IMG/VR virus record: IMGVR_UViG_3300043464_001679
Span: 1-64,000 of that record
Length of the DNA: 64,000 nucleotides
Strand: one strand, 5' to 3'
DNA from: a virus
The notes under the pieces were generated by a model that saw only the letters and a list, made by a program, of their open reading frames with translations, did no database searches and was not told the DNA's origin. Positions 58,397-64,000 of the stretch are shown here, piece after piece (the first letter of the stretch is position 1; each line of letters begins with the position of its first letter). A program made the position numbers and the translations under genes.

Positions 58397-58666
58397 ATGA
58401 AAAAAGTAATTAAACAAATCCTCAAGGAAGAATTAACTCGTGCCGATAAAGCTGAAATCAAAAAAATAGCTAAAGCTGAATTTGAAGACATGCTTAAAAC
58501 GACTAATATTAAGTCAAAAATTGAGGATTTGGTTAAGAAACAACTTAAAAATGATAAATCAACACAAAAAGAAGTTGCTGATATCACACAAAAAGTTTTA
58601 GTACAATTCTATAAAACCCTTTGGACTAAAAGAAGTTTTTGGGCAAATAAATTAGACAGTATTTAA
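58397..58666 (+). CDS. small putative head protein
   Basis: MKKVIKQILKEE leader. Confidence 0.6.
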   Translation: MKKVIKQILKEELTRADKAEIKKIAKAEFEDMLKTTNIKSKIEDLVKKQLKNDKSTQKEVADITQKVLVQFYKTLWTKRSFWANKLDSI

Positions 58667-60258
58667 TGAGTTGGTTCGAGAAAAATACAAATTTTGACCC
58701 AATAGCTAAAGTGGGTATGAGAATTAGGATGGGTGATACTGATGCTTTTAACCCTGAAGGTTTAAAAGAAAAAAATCCAGTAAAACCTGATATGGAGGGT
58801 ACCATTGATAAAATTGATAGCATTGGTACTTTACATGTTTTATGGGATCCAGATGAAAATGGGAGTCAAAGATATTTTGGGGTTATACCTAATATAGATG
58901 ATTATACATTGTTACCATCTTTAAAAGACCAAGTAACTATAGATAGTTTTAATGAATCTAAAGAAATTAACCCTTCTGTGGGTAAAAGAATAGATTCCGA
59001 TTTGAAAAAAACCGCTAATAAAATTAAACCAATAGAAAAATTAAAAGCTTTTGAATCTGAAAAAGATTTAGAAGAAACTGTGGTCACTGGGTCAGCAGCA
59101 GGACCATATTATGGTCCATTAGGTAGTAGAAAAAATGAATCCATTAAAGTAAAAGATTTTATTAGTGAAACAACTGGTGTTAGTGCTATTAGTGCTACTG
59201 TAGACTTTTTAATAAGTAATTTAATGGGTTGGGGTACTATAGAGGATATGAGTCCACCTTGGCCTAGTTTAACAAAAAAGGCTGACAACAATAAAAAAGA
59301 AGATTGGTGGTGGCAAAAAATACCCACATACAATGGTGGTGTAATAACAGACCCATACGCTAAGACAAACCAAACGTGGGATGATGATAGTCTTGAGGTC
59401 GATGTAGATCAAGATCTTAATATCTTTAGAAAAGAGGTAGAAAAAAACCCTAAAAAATATAAACAATCTGTTATTACAATAGATAAGGGGTTTGATTTAA
59501 ATATTGATCCTCGTAATGAGGATTGGAAATCTTCTTTACAAAAAGGTGTTGATTTAAAAAATGACCATACAACTGGAGAGATACAAACTTTTCGTAATAA
59601 ATCATACAGTAGAACACTAAAAAAAGAAGATATTACTAATTTTTTAGATAATCTAATTTCAGAAGGTAAAAAAAAGGATAAAAAAACTAAAGTACACACC
59701 AAAAAATGGGACCGTTGTGTTGAAGCTGTAAAAATGAAAAACAAAGAAAACGGTACAGATTATAATCCTTATTCTGTTTGCCAATCTTCAATTGGATACG
59801 AAGGTTCGATAAAAAAACCACATAGAAGACAAGAAGTTGATGAGGAGGGGGTTAATGAAACGACTACTTTCGGTTCTGTTTTTGGTGGTGGATTTCCTGT
59901 AACACCTATGTTTGCAGCTAAAAAAGGACAACACAGACCTTCTAAAAAACCTTTATGGAAAGGCGGTCAAATCATACAAAAAGTGGATGGTCACGGTATA
60001 TTTAATGAATCTGAAGAAAAAGTTTCTTTATTGGATGAAATAAATAAAGTTAAGTGGACTAAGGGAGCTAAATACGTTAAGATAAAAGACAAATGTGCTA
60101 AATACAATAACCAACCGTGGTGTAGTCAGGGGGCTATTGATAATCCATTAGAATTGAGTGATAAAACTTTTGAATCTGTATCTAATTTGGCTAAAAAATT
60201 AGGTTTATCAGAAGAATTTATATTGGATAAAATAAATAAGACTTTAAATAAAAAATAA
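58666..60258 (+). CDS. multi-module putative head protein with a DUF4314-like N-terminus
   Basis: GMRIRM...EGTIDKIDSIGTLHVLWD...GVIP..D; repeated [LIV]xE-T junctions; small Cys modules. Confidence 0.55.
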   Translation: MSWFEKNTNFDPIAKVGMRIRMGDTDAFNPEGLKEKNPVKPDMEGTIDKIDSIGTLHVLWDPDENGSQRYFGVIPNIDDYTLLPSLKDQVTIDSFNESKEINPSVGKRIDSDLKKTANKIKPIEKLKAFESEKDLEETVVTGSAAGPYYGPLGSRKNESIKVKDFISETTGVSAISATVDFLISNLMGWGTIEDMSPPWPSLTKKADNNKKEDWWWQKIPTYNGGVITDPYAKTNQTWDDDSLEVDVDQDLNIFRKEVEKNPKKYKQSVITIDKGFDLNIDPRNEDWKSSLQKGVDLKNDHTTGEIQTFRNKSYSRTLKKEDITNFLDNLISEGKKKDKKTKVHTKKWDRCVEAVKMKNKENGTDYNPYSVCQSSIGYEGSIKKPHRRQEVDEEGVNETTTFGSVFGGGFPVTPMFAAKKGQHRPSKKPLWKGGQIIQKVDGHGIFNESEEKVSLLDEINKVKWTKGAKYVKIKDKCAKYNNQPWCSQGAIDNPLELSDKTFESVSNLAKKLGLSEEFILDKINKTLNKK

Positions 60259-60267
60259 GTTTAAGTT

Positions 60268-62469
60268 ATGGATTTAAAAGTAACTAACTTATATAATAAA
60301 TCCCTAGATAGATTAAACGATCCAATATATATTAAAAATGTGTTGGGTATATCTGTGCCATTAAATGAATCTTTTGGTGGTTATAACCCTGAATTAAGAA
60401 ATTTAATAATCCAAGAACAATTAATTTTAAAGGGTTTTATGGATTCTTTAAATAAATGGGTTAAAGATACAAAAGAAACTGTTGTTAGTGTAATAAAGTC
60501 ACCAGCAGACATAGCTTTATTATTAAAAAATTTAATTGAAAACCCTAAAGTATTAGATTCTTTAAATAGTGCCTACAGGAAAAAAATAGAATCTTTTAGT
60601 GATAAATTTGAGGAAAAACTAAATGGTATTGCTAATTCTTTGGATAAGGTAGGTATTATAGTAAAATCTAAAGCTCCAGAAACTTTTGAAACCATTAAAA
60701 AAGTTTATCTTTCTTTTTCTGAAAGTTTAAAAAATTATGTCAAAAAATTTAATGATTTTTTAAATAAAAACAAAACAGAGGGGTGGTTAGGTTTTTTAAA
60801 ATCCCTTGTTTTAAGTGCCACATTAAGTTATGTTAATGGTAAGATAGATTTTTATGTTAAAAAAATAAATGCCTATTTAAATGCTGTTGGTGACCCACAA
60901 AATTTTTCTAAAGACGAAACTAAGGATGGTTTAAACAAATTAAAAAAAGAGGTTGAGGGTGGTTTAAGTGATCATGTTAGTTCTATTTTAACGGGTGTAG
61001 GTAGTTTGGCAAAAGATAGTTTTGACAGTATTGCTAATTTTTTTAAAGCTATTGCTGGTAAATACAAATGGTTATGGACCTCTGTTGTGGGGTATTTGGT
61101 TGAGGTTTCTAAAATTGTTAGAAATAGTATAGAAAATGATAAAGGTATTGATTTAACACATTATCGTAGTATGGATAGAGAGTTGGCATCAATAAAAGAT
61201 TCGTATAAAAGAGATGGTATAGGTAAAATAATTGAAGAAAATAAGGCTAAATCATCAGATAATGATATTTATATAAAAAAAACAGATATGTCAGATAATA
61301 TCAAAAAAATAGTAAAAAATAAATTGAACACTTTACTTGAAACTAAAGGGTTTGAGGATATGGAAGTGGCTTTCGGTGTTAAGCACAAAAGTGATAATCT
61401 TTCTGATGCTGAAAAAGGTCAGTTTGGTTCATTAGAAACAATCCAAGATAAAGAAACAGGTTTAGTTAACCTGGGTAGTGCTTCAGTACAACCTAAATTG
61501 GATAAGGTACACAAAGAAGATGTTAAGGATGCTGAAGAATATTATAAAATGGTTTTGGATAGAATGAGAAACTTCCAAAAAACAGATACAGCAGAACCAT
61601 CACAAATAGGTGAGGCATTTGAACCTAAAAAAGTTAATAGAGAGGACGACCAAACAAAAGATTATGATGTATACGATACTGAAGCTTTAGGACCTGGTAT
61701 GTTAGCTTTAAGATATGATAATGAAGGTACACCTGTACATGATGAGTTTATGAAAAGACAGGATGAATTAAATGGAAACGATTCTACTTATCTAAAACTT
61801 AGAAATTATTCAGAAAAATATTTAAAACATAAATACGAAAAACCTGATGAGTATCACTATTCACCAAAAGTAAGAACAACAGAAAAACCTATTAGTGAGT
61901 CTGAAATAAATAAAGCAAAAACTCATGATGTAACAACTACAGATGGTAAAACCATTGTCGGTACACATCAGTATGGCGTTGGTTTCAAACCTAATAATAT
62001 AGGGATTGAAATGGGTTTTAAAGAAGATCCTGAAGTGATACCAAAGGGTACTAGAATACAAAAAGATACGCCATTATTAAGAATAGGACAAAAAAACCCT
62101 ACAAGAATGGAATCAGAAAATAAATATTCTGATGTTATGACTGAAAATATTTTTAAAGTTAAAGGTGAAATTAAATCAAAAGAACAAGTTCTTAAATTAA
62201 CAGAAAAGTTACCTTCTAGAGTTAAAATGGATGAGACTATATTCGCTGTAACTGACGGTGAAAACTATTATAGATTAATATGGGAGGGTAATGAAGATGG
62301 TGAAGCTGTTATTACCCATGAAAAAAATATTAACATAGTTAATGAAAGTATTGATAAGATGAAACACTTATGGGGATTTAAATCTTCAAAAAACAATTCA
62401 ACAAAAAATATTGTTAAAGAAAGTGAAGAAGAAAATTTTAAAAAATTGTTTAGAAAATTAAAAAAATAA
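60268..62469 (+). CDS. large putative head/internal protein, possibly a two-gene fusion with an internal start at 61288
   Basis: 733 aa with many L/I/V-x-E sites; internal late motif and an in-frame ATG. Confidence 0.6.
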   Translation: MDLKVTNLYNKSLDRLNDPIYIKNVLGISVPLNESFGGYNPELRNLIIQEQLILKGFMDSLNKWVKDTKETVVSVIKSPADIALLLKNLIENPKVLDSLNSAYRKKIESFSDKFEEKLNGIANSLDKVGIIVKSKAPETFETIKKVYLSFSESLKNYVKKFNDFLNKNKTEGWLGFLKSLVLSATLSYVNGKIDFYVKKINAYLNAVGDPQNFSKDETKDGLNKLKKEVEGGLSDHVSSILTGVGSLAKDSFDSIANFFKAIAGKYKWLWTSVVGYLVEVSKIVRNSIENDKGIDLTHYRSMDRELASIKDSYKRDGIGKIIEENKAKSSDNDIYIKKTDMSDNIKKIVKNKLNTLLETKGFEDMEVAFGVKHKSDNLSDAEKGQFGSLETIQDKETGLVNLGSASVQPKLDKVHKEDVKDAEEYYKMVLDRMRNFQKTDTAEPSQIGEAFEPKKVNREDDQTKDYDVYDTEALGPGMLALRYDNEGTPVHDEFMKRQDELNGNDSTYLKLRNYSEKYLKHKYEKPDEYHYSPKVRTTEKPISESEINKAKTHDVTTTDGKTIVGTHQYGVGFKPNNIGIEMGFKEDPEVIPKGTRIQKDTPLLRIGQKNPTRMESENKYSDVMTENIFKVKGEIKSKEQVLKLTEKLPSRVKMDETIFAVTDGENYYRLIWEGNEDGEAVITHEKNINIVNESIDKMKHLWGFKSSKNNSTKNIVKESEEENFKKLFRKLKK

Positions 62470-62476
62470 AAATTAT

Positions 62477-62503
62477 AAACCCTCTAATTTAGAGGGTTTT
62501 TTT
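62477..62503 (+). terminator. intrinsic terminator
   Basis: AAACCCTCTA-att-TAGAGGGTTT followed by a T-run. Confidence 0.85.
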
Positions 62504-62513
62504 ATATCTATTA

Positions 62514-62522
62514 ATATTTATA
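62514..62522 (+). promoter_or_regulatory. putative late promoter ATATTTATA
   Basis: Upstream of the endolysin ATG at 62535. Confidence 0.6.
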
Positions 62523-62534
62523 AATAAAAAAGAT

Positions 62535-63149
62535 ATGAGTCTAAAAAAATTACAAGAAAAGATTGGCACAACACCAGACGGTGCCTTTGGGCCAAACACT
62601 CTTAAAAAGGCTATGGAGTATTTTAAAATGACACCTGAAAGGGCTGCCCATTTCTTTGCACAAACAGCACATGAAACAGGTGAATTTAAATTATTTACAG
62701 AAAATTTAAATTATTCAGCAGCTGGATTAAGAAATGTATTCGGTAAATATTTCCCAAGCACATTGGCTGAATCATACGCTAGACAACCAGAAAAAATAGC
62801 ATCAAGAGTTTATGCTGAGAGAATGGGTAATGGTAACGAAGCTTCAAAAGAAGGTTGGGTATTTCGTGGAAGAGGTGCGTTACAATTAACTGGTAAATCA
62901 AATTACAAAGTATTTTCTGATTATTTGAAAAAACCAGAAATAATGACTAACCCTGATTTGGTATCCACTGATTTTGCTTTTGAATCGGCAATATTTTTCT
63001 TTGATAATAATAAACTTTGGTCTATATGTGATAGAGGTGTTTCAGACGCAACCATATTATCTTTAACAAGAAGAATAAATGGGGGGACAAATGGATTAGA
63101 ACATAGAAATGAATTAACTAAAAAATATTATGGTTGGTTAAAAAAATAA
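62535..63149 (+). CDS. GH19 (chitinase-class) endolysin with a short PG-binding N-terminus
   Basis: LQEKIG..PDGAFGPNT; AHFFAQTAHET, ENLNYS, FRGRGALQLTGKSNY, TRRINGGTNGL..R. Confidence 0.9.
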   Translation: MSLKKLQEKIGTTPDGAFGPNTLKKAMEYFKMTPERAAHFFAQTAHETGEFKLFTENLNYSAAGLRNVFGKYFPSTLAESYARQPEKIASRVYAERMGNGNEASKEGWVFRGRGALQLTGKSNYKVFSDYLKKPEIMTNPDLVSTDFAFESAIFFFDNNKLWSICDRGVSDATILSLTRRINGGTNGLEHRNELTKKYYGWLKK

Positions 63150-63153
63150 CATT

Positions 63154-63762
63154 ATGTATACAAGAGAACAAATTAAAAATTCTGTTGAGGTAAAGGGTTA
63201 TAAATGGTTTAATGATGAATCAAATAAAAGTTATGACGTTAATATTGTAGGAATACGTAATTCCTCTACAGGAAAGAAAGTAACAAACGTATTTGATGAT
63301 TATATTACCATATCATTTAAAGATGAGAGTGGTAATTGGCAATTCTATTCTTGGAATGCAACTACTGACCCAGGTAAAAAATCCATGTTAGAATGGAATA
63401 AAATGGGTATTAAAGGTGGATGTGCCAGATTAGTACCCAACCAATACAGAAGTGTTTGGGGTGTGAGCAAACACCAAGGTAAATACGACGCATTATGTCA
63501 GATAAATGGTAAAGTAAAAGTTTATCGTGATGCTGATTTTGACCTTGAATATGATGAGAATAAAATCACTGAGGGTATTTACGGAATTAACATACATAAA
63601 GCAGGGCAAGATTCAACTTGGGTAGAAAATTGGTCTGCGGGATGCCAAGTATTTAAAAGAGTTAAAGATTTTGATGTATTCATGAAGATATGTAAAAAAG
63701 CTTCTAAAATACATGGTAATAAATTCAGTTACACATTATTAGAATCGATTGATATTGTGTAA
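63154..63762 (+). CDS. L,D-transpeptidase/YkuD-like cysteine enzyme
   Basis: GINIH...WSAGCQV matches the H-x(n)-S-x-G-C catalytic motif. Confidence 0.6.
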   Translation: MYTREQIKNSVEVKGYKWFNDESNKSYDVNIVGIRNSSTGKKVTNVFDDYITISFKDESGNWQFYSWNATTDPGKKSMLEWNKMGIKGGCARLVPNQYRSVWGVSKHQGKYDALCQINGKVKVYRDADFDLEYDENKITEGIYGINIHKAGQDSTWVENWSAGCQVFKRVKDFDVFMKICKKASKIHGNKFSYTLLESIDIV

Positions 63763-63802
63763 AAGGTTTACAAAGGAAAATCTATCTATTACTAATTAAA
63801 CA

Positions 63803-64000
63803 ATGACTAAAATTAAAAAAATATTAAATACGATAGATTTCATAGAATACATATCAAAAGCTATGAAAAAGGAAGATTTATTTTTACTATATAAAATAAA
63901 CAATATCACACAGGAAAGAATGGAATTATTTTCAGACTTTATCTATGCGTTAAATGAGTTAGTTATTACTACTTATATGGGTGATGATATTACTATAGGA
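63803..64000 (+). CDS. 3'-truncated hypothetical protein
   Basis: ATG at 63803, open to the window end (MTKIKKILNTIDFIEY...). Confidence 0.55.
   Translation, partial: MTKIKKILNTIDFIEYISKAMKKEDLFLLYKINNITQERMELFSDFIYALNELVITTYMGDDITIG

Noticed and set aside
169-62061. Numerous short minus-strand and nested ORFs in the ORF track (e.g. 27137-27547, 49055-49504, 51032-51457, 55437-55844)
   Set aside because: They are antisense or out-of-frame shadows of long + strand genes, with S/F/L/I-biased composition and no motifs. 49055-49504 merely mirrors the VPV repeat.
1-64000. Alternative genetic code (stop-codon reassignment as in some Bacteroidota phages)
   Set aside because: Genes are full length and tightly packed under code 11. 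TAG (41207) and TGA (e.g. 17810, 44724) act as real stops at gene junctions.

Overview
This is a 64 kb segment of a large, AT-rich dsDNA myophage (jumbo/T4-superfamily-like), almost entirely coded on the + strand. The host is very probably a Bacteroidota member, based on TAnnTTTG -7 promoters with TTTG at -33, A-rich leaders without Shine-Dalgarno motifs, and a Bacteroidota-type primary sigma factor. Gene order: (1) end of a tail lysozyme + SGNH protein. (2) Replication/recombination block: gp32-like SSB, UvsX/RecA, 5'-3' exonuclease, DnaB, class II RNR. (3) ~24 kb late baseplate/tail block: gp25, gp6/J, gp7-like and Cys-rich proteins, tail-collar paralogs. (4) GIY-YIG homing endonuclease and RuvC. 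(5) Split helicase/methyltransferase R-M-like cassette bounded by two mutually inverted hairpins. (6) Primase, PD-(D/E)XK nuclease and a DUF4338/DruA-like protein. (7) Accessory cluster interleaved with SLOG, Mre11, Dda and Rad50. (8) Sigma factor and a candidate sRNA. (9) Lysis/envelope genes and putative head proteins. The most striking observation lies at 43.6-47.6 kb: several small proteins share a terminal motif P-x-K-x-[IL]-x-[KR]-H-x-[FLV]. Three of them look like cut-down copies of conserved virion-assembly proteins (terminase ATPase, major capsid N-terminus, major capsid C-terminal segment), suggesting a tagged decoy/adaptor array against host pattern-recognition immunity. All family assignments come from motif recognition by eye; no searches were run. 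No tRNA, rRNA or CRISPR array was seen.
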